64,000 bases of DNA from Candidatus Rariloculus sp. (GTDB lineage: Bacteria; Pseudomonadota; Gammaproteobacteria; Steroidobacterales; Rariloculaceae). Both the position numbers and the translations under genes were made by a program. The stretch spans positions 1,731,668-1,795,667 of the forward strand of contig NZ_OZ253579.1 in assembly GCF_965263005.1 (NCBI RefSeq). The letters run 5' to 3'. Of this stretch, positions 1 to 9,722 are shown one piece after another (the stretch's first letter is position 1; each line of letters starts with the position of its first letter). A model generated the notes under the pieces. The model made no database searches. It worked only from the letters and a program-made list of their open reading frames with translations, and was not told the DNA's origin.

Positions 1-853
1 CGGCGTCGCTATCGGCGCCCCAAAAAGCATCGAAATCAAGACCCGTGTTCCTGCAGAGGTTCAAAAAGCTCGCCATGTAGCCGATCGGCGCGTCGAACCA
101 CACGTAGAAGTACTTGCCGGGTTCACCGGGAATCGCAAAGCCGAAATAGGGCGGTTCCCGCGAGATGTCCCAGTCCAGCAATCCGGCTCCGAACCATTGT
201 TCGAGCTTGCGCGCCATGGCGGCGTCGACATGCTCGGGTACCCAGGATTTCAGCTCCGCCTCGAAATCACCGAGGCGGAAGAACAGATGCTCGGACTCGC
301 GCACGGTCGGCACCGTGCCGGACACGACCGATACCGGGTCGATGAGCTCCAGCGGCGAGTAGGTCGCGGAACAGTTTTCGCAGTTGTCGCCGTACTGGTC
401 CGGTGTCCCGCAGCCGGGACAGGTTCCGCGCACGTAGCGGTCAGGCAGAAACATGTTCTTGTGCTCGTCGTATGCCTGGCGGATCACCTTTCTGCCGATG
501 TGCCCGGCCTCGACGAGGTTCCGGTACACGAGGCCCGTGAGTTCCTCGTTCTCGGCGGCGTGCGTAGTCAGGTAATTGTCCACGCTGATGCGGAACGTCT
601 CGAAGTCGCGTTGGTGCTCGTTGGCGACCCGCGCGATGAGTTCCACGGGCGCAACCCCTTCTTGCTCTGCGCGCAGCATCGTCGGTGTGCCGTGCGCGTC
701 GCTCGCGCACACATAGGTGCATTCGTGGCCGCGCATCCGCTGGAACCGCACCCAGACGTCCGTTTGGACGTACTCCACGAGGTGGCCGAGATGCAGCGAG
801 TTATTCGCGTACGGCAGCGCGCTGGTTACGAGGATTGTTCGCTTTGCGGTCAT
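1..853 (-). CDS. metG: methionyl-tRNA synthetase, N-terminal part (gene continues beyond window start)
   Basis: Absent from the ORF track because it is open at the window edge. Manual minus-strand translation from ATG 853-851 gives [66 protein letters not shown]. Class-I HIGH motif (HLGH) and Zn knuckle [18 protein letters not shown] (~390-440). Divergent from apbC as in E. coli. Confidence 0.9.
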   Translation of the reverse strand, partial: MTAKRTILVTSALPYANNSLHLGHLVEYVQTDVWVRFQRMRGHECTYVCASDAHGTPTMLRAEQEGVAPVELIARVANEHQRDFETFRISVDNYLTTHAAENEELTGLVYRNLVEAGHIGRKVIRQAYDEHKNMFLPDRYVRGTCPGCGTPDQYGDNCENCSATYSPLELIDPVSVVSGTVPTVRESEHLFFRLGDFEAELKSWVPEHVDAAMARKLEQWFGAGLLDWDISREPPYFGFAIPGEPGKYFYVWFDAPIGYMASFLNLCRNTGLDFDAFWGADSDA

Positions 854-1018
854 TGACGGTGGGGACGGGTGAATTTCGGAAGCCGGGCATTATGCCATGT
901 CCTTGAGTCCGTGCGGCCCGCTCTGGCGACAAACGCCGGTGGGATATGCCGGCCGGCCGGCCCGGAGTCGTGTTTGCATTGGGTTACAATCGCGTCTCCC
1001 GAATTTGGGGCGTAAGCA

Positions 1019-2113
1019 ATGACCGACGCCGAAAACCAGCAACTCGAGGCTCATCTCGCACAATTCGTGCTGCCGCAGACGGAACGGCCGCTCGGCCAGG
1101 GCGGCGCCGCGTATTCGGTCAATTCCGATGGCGACCGGTTCGGAGTCGACATGACTTGCGGTTTCCCGCTCGAACGCAGCGGCAACGCCGTTGTCGCGGC
1201 ACTCCAGGCACATTGCCGGCCGTTGAGGTTCGCGGACAGGATCAAATTCTCGCTCAAGTGGTCAGTCGACACCCATGCCGTTCAGCAGGGCCTGAAGCCG
1301 CTGCCCGGTGTCAGCAACCTGATCGCCGTTGCATCGGGCAAGGGCGGAGTCGGCAAATCGACCGTCGCAACGAACCTGGCGCTCGCGCTCAGGCTCGAGG
1401 GCGCGCGGGTCGGCATCCTCGACGCCGACATCTACGGGCCGAGCCAGCCAAGGATTCTCGGGCTCGGCGGTCAGCGTCCGCAGAGCGCGGACGGCAAGAC
1501 ACTCGAGCCGCTGCTCGCGCACGGCCTCAAAGCCATGTCGATCGGCTTCCTCGTCTCCGATGAGCAGCCCATGGCGTGGCGCGGGCCCATGGTCACCTCG
1601 GCGCTGAATCAGCTCCTTACGCAGACCAACTGGGGCGAGCTCGATTATCTCTTCATCGATATGCCGCCCGGCACGGGAGATATCCAGTTGACTTTGGCCC
1701 AGCGCGTGCCCGTCAGCGGCGCCGTCATCGTGACGACGCCGCAGGACATCGCGCTCGCCGACGCGCGCAAGGGGCTCGAAATGTTTAACAAGGTCAACGT
1801 GCCTGTGCTCGGTGTCGTCGAGAACATGAGCGTTCATACCTGCTCGAACTGCGGCCACGAGGAGTCGATTTTCGGGACAGACGGCGGCGCGAAGCTAAGC
1901 GGCGACTACGGTCTTCCGCTGTTGGGCGCCCTGCCGCTCAGGAAGGACATCGGCGAGCATACCGATGGCGGTACCCCGACCGTCGTAGTCGATCCCGAGA
2001 GCGCCATTGCCGCCCGCTTCATCGAAGTGGCCTTGCGCGCAGCGGGGGAACTCGCGGCGGCCTCGAAGGATTACAGCCGGCTCTTTCCCAAGATCACCAT
2101 CGAGGGCAATTGA
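1019..2113 (+). CDS. apbC: Fe-S cluster carrier ATPase Mrp/ApbC
   Basis: 364-aa ORF. P-loop [10 protein letters not shown] and C-terminal CSNCGH (CxxC), typical of the Mrp/NBP35 family. Divergent from metG. Confidence 0.9.
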   Translation: MTDAENQQLEAHLAQFVLPQTERPLGQGGAAYSVNSDGDRFGVDMTCGFPLERSGNAVVAALQAHCRPLRFADRIKFSLKWSVDTHAVQQGLKPLPGVSNLIAVASGKGGVGKSTVATNLALALRLEGARVGILDADIYGPSQPRILGLGGQRPQSADGKTLEPLLAHGLKAMSIGFLVSDEQPMAWRGPMVTSALNQLLTQTNWGELDYLFIDMPPGTGDIQLTLAQRVPVSGAVIVTTPQDIALADARKGLEMFNKVNVPVLGVVENMSVHTCSNCGHEESIFGTDGGAKLSGDYGLPLLGALPLRKDIGEHTDGGTPTVVVDPESAIAARFIEVALRAAGELAAASKDYSRLFPKITIEGN

Positions 2114-2679
2114 TGACGATCAGGTCCGACAGATGGATCCGGCGCATGGCGGCCGGACACGCAATGATCGAGCCTTTCGAACCATTCCAGATACGCCAGT
2201 CCGACGACCGCCGGATCATCTCTTACGGCACTTCGAGCTACGGCTACGACGTGCGTTGCGCACCCGAGTTCAAGGTGTTCACGAACATCAATTCCGCAGT
2301 CGTCGACCCGAAGATTTTCGACGAGTCGAGCTTCGTCGAGTTGGGCGGCGACGTCTGCATCATTCCGCCGAACTCGTTCGCGCTCGCGCGGACGGTCGAG
2401 TATTTTCGGATTCCCCGTAACGTGCTGACGATCTGCCTCGGCAAGTCCACGTACGCCCGCTGCGGGATCATCGTCAACGTGACTCCGCTCGAGCCCGAGT
2501 GGGAAGGGCATGTGACGCTCGAGTTCTCGAACACGACGCCCTTGCCTGCGAAGATCTACGCCAACGAAGGCGTCGCACAGATGATCTTCTTCGAATCTGA
2601 CGACGTTTGCGAGGTCAGCTACGCCGACCGCGACGGCAAATACCAGGGGCAGCGCGGCGTCACTCTCCCCAGGACCTGA
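2110..2679 (+). CDS. dcd: dCTP deaminase
   Basis: 189-aa ORF. Strings SSYGYDVRC and [36 protein letters not shown] match Pseudomonas-type Dcd as I recall it. 4-nt overlap with the apbC stop. Confidence 0.92.
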   Translation: MMTIRSDRWIRRMAAGHAMIEPFEPFQIRQSDDRRIISYGTSSYGYDVRCAPEFKVFTNINSAVVDPKIFDESSFVELGGDVCIIPPNSFALARTVEYFRIPRNVLTICLGKSTYARCGIIVNVTPLEPEWEGHVTLEFSNTTPLPAKIYANEGVAQMIFFESDDVCEVSYADRDGKYQGQRGVTLPRT

Positions 2680-2865
2680 GCCGCTTTTCTCACCAGTCTT
2701 CTTCGTACCCTGGGTCCGACAACTCAGACACATTCGTAAGATATTGATATGTATTAATATTGTATCCTTAGTTAGTCCTGATTGCTGTCTACGTGCAGCC
2801 ATCCGTAATCAAACCGAATGTGGTTTCATTCGACTTCGATCGTAGTAGCAGGGCGCTATTTCGTT

Positions 2866-2935
2866 GTTACCGTTCGCTGGTGCCGTAATGGCGTAACCGT
2901 TCCGTCAGCGAGGGGTTTTACGGTAACCGTTCGCT
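2866..2935. repeat. three direct repeats GTWACCGTTC(G/C) at 27-30 bp spacing
   Basis: gttaccgttcgct (2866-2878), gtaaccgttccgt (2893-2905), gtaaccgttcgct (2923-2935). The third sits in a CGGTAACCG palindrome. Lies in a low-GC spacer just upstream of the 2946 ORF. Confidence 0.6.
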
Positions 2936-2945
2936 TAGCAGCGTT

Positions 2946-3386
2946 GTGGTCGATGGTACCGATATCATCGTGAGCAAAAACGCAGAGCTTGGCTGTTCGT
3001 ATCCGTCATTCTGGAGAGCGCTCACCGGTTGTAGCGACTCCGCACCCTATGAAGGAGGTGCTTCGGGCGGGGTCGTCCCGCAGTCGATGGCCGACGCCTT
3101 GCACGCCATCATCGAAGCCGACCGTACGGTGTATTCCGGGCGGGTCGTCAATCGCCTTCAGGACGAGGAGCAAGTCACTCTTGCGAGCGAACCTGGGGAG
3201 GATGACCGGGCCTTGCCCCTGCCTGCGCAGATGTTCCGCATGGGCGCGGAACTGGCTGCGGAAATGACCGATGAAAACGCTACGCGTTACCCAGCCTTGC
3301 ATCCATCGTCGGATCGCCGAGCCACCGCGCGATATCGACGCCGAGCGTCCTTATGCAGCGCCCCAGAATGGAGCACGTTCCCTTGA
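2946..3386 (+). pseudogene. possible fragment of a DUF3365 (Tll0287-like) sensor-domain protein
   Basis: 146-aa ORF with GTG start. The segment PQSMADALHAIIEADRTVYSGRVVNRL...ALPLPAQMFRMGAE resembles the DUF3365 N-terminal pattern. No signal peptide. The 3' ~100 nt overlap the convergent gene 3280-3783, which suggests truncation. Confidence 0.3.
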
Positions 3387-3783
3387 ATCCGCCGAATGCG
3401 CCGCCCCTCGAATAGCGTGAGGCGACGAAACTGCCGATCAGCTCGCCGTTCTCCCAAAGCTCTCCGCTAACCGTGGCCGACTTCGGGCCGCTCCAGGCGC
3501 CTCCGCCGGCACCGAGAATGTTGACGTATTCGAGACGGAGCACCTTGCCGGCGACGTTGTCGAGCGGCTCGTCGCTGATGACGATGTCGACGTCTCCTCG
3601 AGCGCCGTCTTTGATGAACTCCGGCAAACGCGTTTGCAGCGTACATTCGTTCCGAACCGCGTCGGAAACGGCCACAATGTCTGCGAAACCTACTTCGGCT
3701 GGCACGGTAAACGTTTCCGCCTGCGCGACTGAACACGCGACGATCAGAATCGGCGCAATCAGAGCTGTTGATCGCTGTTGCAT
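3280..3783 (-). CDS. secreted hypothetical protein
   Basis: ORF 3280..3810. The likely start is the internal Met giving MQQRSTALIAPILIVACSVAQA|ETF (signal peptide). Gly-rich C-terminal half. I recognise no family. Confidence 0.6.
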   Translation of the reverse strand: MQQRSTALIAPILIVACSVAQAETFTVPAEVGFADIVAVSDAVRNECTLQTRLPEFIKDGARGDVDIVISDEPLDNVAGKVLRLEYVNILGAGGGAWSGPKSATVSGELWENGELIGSFVASRYSRGGAFGGFKGTCSILGRCIRTLGVDIARWLGDPTMDARLGNA

Positions 3784-3864
3784 AACAATCCTCCAAAGCA
3801 AACCAAACACACTGAGAACGGTTCCTCAAGTGCTTCTGATACGGTTGGGACGATCTTGTCCGCT

Positions 3865-3907
3865 AGTATCCATGTTGTCAAATCGTGACCTTGACAACAT
3901 GGATACT
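3865..3907. promoter_or_regulatory. perfect 17-bp inverted repeat with 9-nt spacer (operator- or hairpin-like)
   Basis: AGTATCCATGTTGTCAA-atcgtgacc-TTGACAACATGGATACT. About 80 bp upstream of the minus-strand gene starting at 3783, within an AT-rich spacer. Confidence 0.6.
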
Positions 3908-4144
3908 CATCTCAGTACTGGATTAGAGTGTAGTTAATTTTCTCGTATTTTTTGTATGCACTTAAGGTGTACAGGTTTGGTATTTCCCCGACACTTGGGG
4001 TCTTCGGCAGATGATCAGGCAGCTTGTTTCAGTGTTCGGCCCTGGGTCCGACAACCCGGATAATGGCTAGCCCGGACCAACGATGGCGCTTGTATGCGTT
4101 CATGCCCGAAGTGTCTGATGACGTCGGCAAATTCGCCGATACCG

Positions 4145-4870
4145 TCAGACCGGCAGGAAAATGAAATTGTTGACGTAGTCTGTCCCGACTGCGGGTTGAC
4201 GATGACGGGAGTCCGCGTCAAACGCTTCTATGGCAACGAGCAAGCCTTCGTCGACAAAGTGCGCGGAGTAACCGAGCGCGGTGACCTCGGCGATGCACTG
4301 CTCTATCGATTGCCCGGTATGGCGTTCTTCCAATTCGATCTGCAATACAGGTTTGGAGCGCGCGATCGTAGCGTGTGCGCCGCCCAGGACCCGCGCCTCG
4401 GCGCCCTCGACATCGATTTTGATGAATCCCACATCCCTGAAGCCAAAGGAGTCGAGAGTGCGAGTGCTTACGCGTACGGCGCCGTGCGGTTTTTTGGCCT
4501 TACGAGGATTGAGCGACCCACCTGAGCCGGAAAAATTGCGGCCACGCCGGGGAAGGAACAGCTCTGCCTGACCATCCCGGTCGGAGAGAGCAATCCCGTG
4601 GGGGGTGACGTTGCCGGGCAGCGCCCGGTCGAGCCACCGAAAGACCTTCGGGTTGGGCTCGAAGGCATGAACGTGGGACGCAAGCACCGACAGCACACGG
4701 GCATACACGCCCTTATGGGCGCCGACATCCACCGCAACGCGACCGGTGGGAACAATGTCCGCCAGGACGTGCAACTCCGCTTCCCCCCGGTTCATGTGCC
4801 TGTTAACCAGATAACGGGCATAGCATGGCGCGGGGATCAGCCGAAACTTGAGCCACTCGCCGACCGACAT
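4145..4870 (-). CDS. FkbM-family SAM-dependent methyltransferase
   Basis: ORF 4145..5059. Core VAVDVGAHKGVYARVLS...HAFEPNP...FIKIDVEGAE fits the FkbM family. Start at Met-64 (4870) gives ~241 aa, typical for the family. The upstream extension is Arg/Gly-rich and unlikely to be coding. Confidence 0.75.
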   Translation of the reverse strand: MSVGEWLKFRLIPAPCYARYLVNRHMNRGEAELHVLADIVPTGRVAVDVGAHKGVYARVLSVLASHVHAFEPNPKVFRWLDRALPGNVTPHGIALSDRDGQAELFLPRRGRNFSGSGGSLNPRKAKKPHGAVRVSTRTLDSFGFRDVGFIKIDVEGAEARVLGGAHATIARSKPVLQIELEERHTGQSIEQCIAEVTALGYSAHFVDEGLLVAIEAFDADSRHRQPAVGTDYVNNFIFLPV

Positions 4871-5192
4871 CGACGGCGAGAAGGGAGAAGTGTCGATCAA
4901 TTTGCCGTTACCTGATTCCAGGACACAATGGCACCGTATATTAACGTCGTTCGGCGTGCTCCGAGGTACGAGTGACAGCGAAACGAGTGGTAACCCGCCG
5001 GACAAAAGCGCCCCCCTAATCCGCCTACCGCCACCGCGCCAGTCGTCGACTCTACCCAACCTTCTGCTGCGGCCGCCGATCCGCTCGGGGTGGCAGTCAC
5101 TACGCCCTCACGCCGCTTCGACGCCGTTACGGCTGTACCATCGGCGTCCTTGAGTTCGTGCGGTCCGCCCGCACGACGAACGCGGGCGAGAT

Positions 5193-7595
5193 ATGCGGCT
5201 CAGCGCCGGCGAAGGCGGCGCTCAAGTTCCTGTGCCGCGCGGCTGGCAGGTCGAAGCGAAGGCAGGTATTGTCGGACACGGCGGGCGCGCTGGTTGCATT
5301 GCGACGAAGCAAGCGCTCCGGCACCGAATTTGTACCGTAATACAATGGATTACGCTATTGACTCTGAATGCCGCCGGTAGACGGGGCGCCCGGGCGAGGC
5401 GGGACCCGCAGGCACCACCTCAGGAAGTCATTGCCGGACTCGTCGAGCGTGTCACTTTCCACAATCCGGAGAACGGATTCTGCGTTGTGCGCGTCAAGGC
5501 CCGAGGTCACCGCGATCTGGTGACCGTAGTCGGTCATGCGGCCATGATCTCGGCAGGGGAGTGGATCACGGCGTCGGGAGAGTGGGTCAACGACCGCAAT
5601 CACGGCCAGCAGTTCAAGGCGAGCTTCGTGCGGACATCGGCGCCGTCGTCCGTCGAAGGCATCGAGAAATATCTTCGCTCCGGCATGATACGGGGCATCG
5701 GTCCCGTTTACGCCCGGAAGATGGTTCGGGCGTTCGGCGAAAAGGTCTTCGACGTTATCGAGGCGGAACCGGAGCGGCTGCGCGATGTGCAAGGTATCGG
5801 CCCGGTCCGCGCCGGGCGCATCACCGACGCGTGGGCTGAGCAGAAGGTCGTGCGCGAGATCATGGTGTTTCTGCACAGCCACGGCGTCGGCACCGCGCGG
5901 GCCGTGCGAATTTTCAAGACCTATGGCGCGGATGCGGTTCAGGTCATGACCGAGGACCCGTACCGTCTGGCCAGGGACATTCGCGGCATCGGTTTCAAGA
6001 CCGCGGACACCATCGCCATGAAGCTCGGCATCGAACGGACGGCCATGATCCGCGTGCGGGCGGGGATCGGCTATGCGTTGGCCGCGGCGATGGACGAGGG
6101 ACACTGCGGCCTGCCGGCAGCCGAGCTGGTGCCGCTCGCGGGTGAATTGCTGGACGTGCCGGAGACTCTGGTCCAAACGGCGCTGGATCTGGAACTGGAG
6201 GAGGGAACTGTCGTCGAGGATACGGTGGGCGGAACCCCCTGCGTATTCCTCGAAGGCCTTTACCGCGCCGAGCGGTCGATCGGCGAGCGGCTGACGCGCA
6301 TCGCGCAGGGGCCGCTACCGTGGGCGCAGATCGATGCGGACAAGGCACTGCCCTGGATCGAGCGGGAGACGGACCTGGTGCTGGCCGCAAGTCAGGCCGA
6401 TGCGGTCCGTACGGCGCTGAGTTCCAAGGCGACGGTCATCACCGGCGGGCCGGGGGTGGGCAAGACCACGATCGTCAATGCCATCGTGCGCATTCTGGGC
6501 GCCAAGCGCGTGGAGATGCTGCTGTGTGCACCGACCGGTCGCGCGGCGCGCAGGTTGAGCGAGGCCACGGGGCTTGCGGCGCGCACGATTCACCGTCTGC
6601 TCGAAGTCGATCCCAGACACGGCGGCTTCAAGCGGGACGCTGACAACCCGCTTGCCTGTGGCCTGCTCGTGGTGGACGAGGCGTCGATGGTCGACGTCCC
6701 GCTGCTGCGTGCCCTGCTCGCGGCTGTTCCCGATGAGTCCGCGGTGCTCATCGTCGGCGATGTCGACCAGCTACCGTCCGTGGGGCCGGGTCAGGTGCTG
6801 TCCGACATCATTGCCGCCGGCGCGATCTCCGTCGTGCGGCTGACGGAGGTTTTCCGTCAGGCGGCCCGAAGCCAGATCGTCGCGACGGCACACAGGATCA
6901 ACCAGGGCCAACTTCCCAACCTCGGAAGGCCCGAGGGTGACAGCGACTTCTATTTCGTGCCGGCTGAGGAGGTGGAGACCGCGGTCGGGCGGATCGTGGA
7001 ACTGGTGAAGACGCGAATACCGCAACGCTTCGGATTCGATCCGATTGAAGACATACAGGTACTGTGTCCGATGAACCGGGGCGGCGCGGGCGTCCGTTCG
7101 CTCAATATCGAATTGCAGGCTGAGCTCAATCCCGCCGGCGAGCGCAAGGTCGAGCGATTCGGCTGGACGTTCGCGCCCGGCGATAAAGTGATGCAGATCG
7201 AGAACGACTACGAGAAGGACGTCTATAACGGCGATATCGGCCGAATCTCCGACGTCGATCCGGACACCGGGGAACTGACGGTGAGTTTCGACGGGCTTGA
7301 GGTCACCTACGGTTTCGGGGAACTGGACGCCCTGGTTCCGGCCTACGCCGCAACCATCCACAAGAGTCAGGGTTCGGAATATCCGGCTGTCGTGATCCCC
7401 GTGCTGACGCAGCACTACACGATGCTGCGGCGAAACCTGCTCTACACCGGCGTGACGCGCGGCAAGCGTCTCGTGGTCCTGGTCGGGCAGAAGAAAGCGG
7501 TGGCGATTGCCGTACGCAATGTCTCCGGAAGGCGCCGCTGGTCAAAGCTCCGCGAGTGGCTCGCGGGATCCGTACCGGAGAACGGGCAAGCCTGA
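5193..7595 (+). CDS. recD2: RecD2-type SF1 ATP-dependent DNA helicase (RecD/TraA family)
   Basis: 800-aa ORF. Walker A GGPGVGKTT, DEASMVD, tandem HhH-like region (IRGIGPVYARK / VQGIGPVRAGR), C-terminal ATIHKSQGSEYP...YTGVTRGKR. The true start is probably internal (e.g. TTG 5358, giving ~745 aa). Confidence 0.88.
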   Translation: MRLSAGEGGAQVPVPRGWQVEAKAGIVGHGGRAGCIATKQALRHRICTVIQWITLLTLNAAGRRGARARRDPQAPPQEVIAGLVERVTFHNPENGFCVVRVKARGHRDLVTVVGHAAMISAGEWITASGEWVNDRNHGQQFKASFVRTSAPSSVEGIEKYLRSGMIRGIGPVYARKMVRAFGEKVFDVIEAEPERLRDVQGIGPVRAGRITDAWAEQKVVREIMVFLHSHGVGTARAVRIFKTYGADAVQVMTEDPYRLARDIRGIGFKTADTIAMKLGIERTAMIRVRAGIGYALAAAMDEGHCGLPAAELVPLAGELLDVPETLVQTALDLELEEGTVVEDTVGGTPCVFLEGLYRAERSIGERLTRIAQGPLPWAQIDADKALPWIERETDLVLAASQADAVRTALSSKATVITGGPGVGKTTIVNAIVRILGAKRVEMLLCAPTGRAARRLSEATGLAARTIHRLLEVDPRHGGFKRDADNPLACGLLVVDEASMVDVPLLRALLAAVPDESAVLIVGDVDQLPSVGPGQVLSDIIAAGAISVVRLTEVFRQAARSQIVATAHRINQGQLPNLGRPEGDSDFYFVPAEEVETAVGRIVELVKTRIPQRFGFDPIEDIQVLCPMNRGGAGVRSLNIELQAELNPAGERKVERFGWTFAPGDKVMQIENDYEKDVYNGDIGRISDVDPDTGELTVSFDGLEVTYGFGELDALVPAYAATIHKSQGSEYPAVVIPVLTQHYTMLRRNLLYTGVTRGKRLVVLVGQKKAVAIAVRNVSGRRRWSKLREWLAGSVPENGQA

Positions 7596-7695
7596 CGCCT
7601 AAGCCGCTGACTGGAGCATGCCTTCACGACGGTGGTGGCCCAGGGCGCTCGCTTCCGTTCGAGGCAAGTCGTCAGCAACGATCAGGGCTGCCGGC

Positions 7696-8451
7696 TTACT
7701 CGGGACCTTCGCGGGACTCGAGGCCTTCGACGGATTGCAGCGTGAGCCGCGCGCGTAGCTCGCCGTCGCGGTATTGCTCGATGGCGACGGGCAGGTAGCG
7801 CAGTTCCGGCGCGACCCAGACGAGCGTAGTACGCGAGGAACCATCGCGTTGCTCAAGGAATCGCCGTGCCGTGAACGTTCCGGTCGGCGTGCTGATTTCG
7901 TCGTCCTCCTGCATTACGAACGAGTACGTCCGCAACTCGTTTTCGTCGGCGAGCGTGTACGGGCCGGGATGTCCGTTGGTCTCGATGTCGCGCATGAGCG
8001 CGACCTGCATCGCGCCGCGGTCGAGCACGCCGGGCGACAACTGAAGTGCAACGCCGCCGTTGGCGCCGTCTACTGCCACGAAGCCCGCGTCCCAGTCGAA
8101 CACCAAGTGGAAGTTGTCCTTGCCTTTGCGGCTGCCGTCTTCGTACCAGAACTCGAGCGGAGTAATGCGCCCGTCCTCGACGATGAAATTGCTGCGCTCA
8201 ACGACATCCCGCGGCGTGACGAGCCGCAGCAGTCCTCTTGCCCTGGTGCGCGAGCTGAAACTGTAAATTCCGCTGAGATCGTCGTAGCTGACCGCGAACT
8301 GTGCCGTGCCCACGTTTCGGCCCTTGTATTCGACCTGATAGCGGGCGGTGTAGGTTGCTACGGAGGGTTCGGCCGCTTCGAGGGTCGCGACAGCCGCTAC
8401 CGGCAGCAGCCACGCCAGTGTTAGCAGCCCGTGGCAAAAGTCCCGCTGCAT
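7696..8451 (-). CDS. DUF3108-like secreted protein
   Basis: ORF 7696..8607. Start at Met-53 (8451) gives signal peptide MQRDFCHGLLTLAWLLPVAAVATLEA. The pattern YxVxYKGxxVG...FxxDWD recalls DUF3108, which lies next to pur genes in other gammaproteobacteria. The first ~9 codons lie inside repeat copy A. Confidence 0.7.
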   Translation of the reverse strand: MQRDFCHGLLTLAWLLPVAAVATLEAAEPSVATYTARYQVEYKGRNVGTAQFAVSYDDLSGIYSFSSRTRARGLLRLVTPRDVVERSNFIVEDGRITPLEFWYEDGSRKGKDNFHLVFDWDAGFVAVDGANGGVALQLSPGVLDRGAMQVALMRDIETNGHPGPYTLADENELRTYSFVMQEDDEISTPTGTFTARRFLEQRDGSSRTTLVWVAPELRYLPVAIEQYRDGELRARLTLQSVEGLESREGPE

Positions 8452-8584
8452 TCGACCGACGATGCATCCCGGCCGTCTACGTTGCCCGTCGGTCGAATAT
8501 TCCCGATATTCTCTCTCCTCGCGCCTTGCCGGCCGGGCGCCTTGCCGGTCTCGGTGCGACGCGGGACTTTCGCGACGGGCTGCC
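8424..8584. repeat. ~161-bp MITE/REP-like structured element, copy A
   Basis: Aligns along its full length with 23851-24012, 27911-28071 and 49901-50061. Terminal inverted repeats GCAGCCCGTGGCAAAAGTCCC / GGGACTTTCGCGACGGGCTGC. Internal stem TTCGACCGACG...CGTCGGTCGAA. Confidence 0.9.
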
Positions 8585-8626
8585 AGGATTCGTGTCTCTG
8601 ATCCCATGATTCGCTCACCTCATCGA

Positions 8627-9655
8627 TCAGACGATATCGACTCCTTCGCATCCATCCTCGACGACGGAGCCGACGATCCAGGCCCGCTCGCCGGAGGCTT
8701 CGAGACTTGCGACGGCCGAATCCGCCGTGTCGTCAGCGACGATGACGATCATGCCGATGCCGCAGTTGAACGTGCGGTACAGCTCGCTGTCATGGACGCC
8801 TGCGTCCGTGAGCCATTCGAATACTCCGGGACGCGGCCATGCGGCGCGCTCGAGCCGGACACCGAGGCCGCCGGGCAGCACGCGCGGAATGTTTTGCGTC
8901 AGTCCGCCGCCCGTGATGTGAGCCAGTCCCTTGACGCGCGTCAGTTCGAACAGTGCCAGCAGCGAGCGGACGTAGATGCGCGTCGGTTCGAGAAGGCCCT
9001 CGATCAGCGGCCTGCCGTCGACGATCTCCTCGCGCGCGCCCGGACGCTGCTCCAGAATTTTCCTGATCAGGGAAAACCCGTTCGAATGGGGGCCCGAGGA
9101 GGCGAGACCGATCACGGCATCGCCCGCCGTGATTGTGCTGCCGTCGATGAGTTCGTCCTCCTCGACAACGCCGACGCAGAATCCAGCCAGGTCATAGTCG
9201 TCGGCCGCGTGCGTGCCCGGGTGCTCCGCCGTCTCGCCGCCGAGCAATGCCGCGCCCGCAAGCTCGCAACCGCGCGCAACGCCGGCTATGACTCGAGCCG
9301 CGACATCGACGTCGAGCCGGGGAGTGACGTAATAGTCCAGTACGAACAGCGGCTCGGCGCCCTGCACGACGACATCGTTCGCGCACATGGCGACGAGGTC
9401 GATGCCGACGCCATCGTGCGCGCCGTGTTGAATCGCGAGCTTGAGCTTCGTGCCCACACCGTCTGCGCCGGCGACGAGCAGCGGCGACCGGTAGCCTTGC
9501 GGGATGCGGCACAGCCCCCCGAAACCGCCGAGGCCGCCGAGGACTTCGGGGCGCAAGGTCCGGCGGACGGGCTCCTTGATGCGCTCGACGAGCGCGTCGC
9601 CCGCATCGATGTCGACGCCGGCGTCCTTGTATGTCAGCGTACTGTTCGAGTTCAT
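8627..9655 (-). CDS. purM: phosphoribosylformylglycinamidine cyclo-ligase (AIR synthetase)
   Basis: 342-aa ORF. N-terminus LTYKDAGVDIDAGDALVERIK and GLAHITGGGL are typical PurM strings. Confidence 0.93.
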   Translation of the reverse strand: MNSNSTLTYKDAGVDIDAGDALVERIKEPVRRTLRPEVLGGLGGFGGLCRIPQGYRSPLLVAGADGVGTKLKLAIQHGAHDGVGIDLVAMCANDVVVQGAEPLFVLDYYVTPRLDVDVAARVIAGVARGCELAGAALLGGETAEHPGTHAADDYDLAGFCVGVVEEDELIDGSTITAGDAVIGLASSGPHSNGFSLIRKILEQRPGAREEIVDGRPLIEGLLEPTRIYVRSLLALFELTRVKGLAHITGGGLTQNIPRVLPGGLGVRLERAAWPRPGVFEWLTDAGVHDSELYRTFNCGIGMIVIVADDTADSAVASLEASGERAWIVGSVVEDGCEGVDIV

Positions 9656-9722
9656 GGCATGTCGGCGGCAAGCGCGCGGGCGTTCGCCGCGAGGCCGCTA
9701 TAATAATCGACCTTGCTGAAAC

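Noticed and set aside
4094-4525. 143-aa plus-strand ORF starting with a zinc-ribbon-like CPKC...CPDC.
   Set aside because: All but the first ~17 codons are antisense to the well-supported FkbM methyltransferase gene. The Cys pairs fall in that antisense part.
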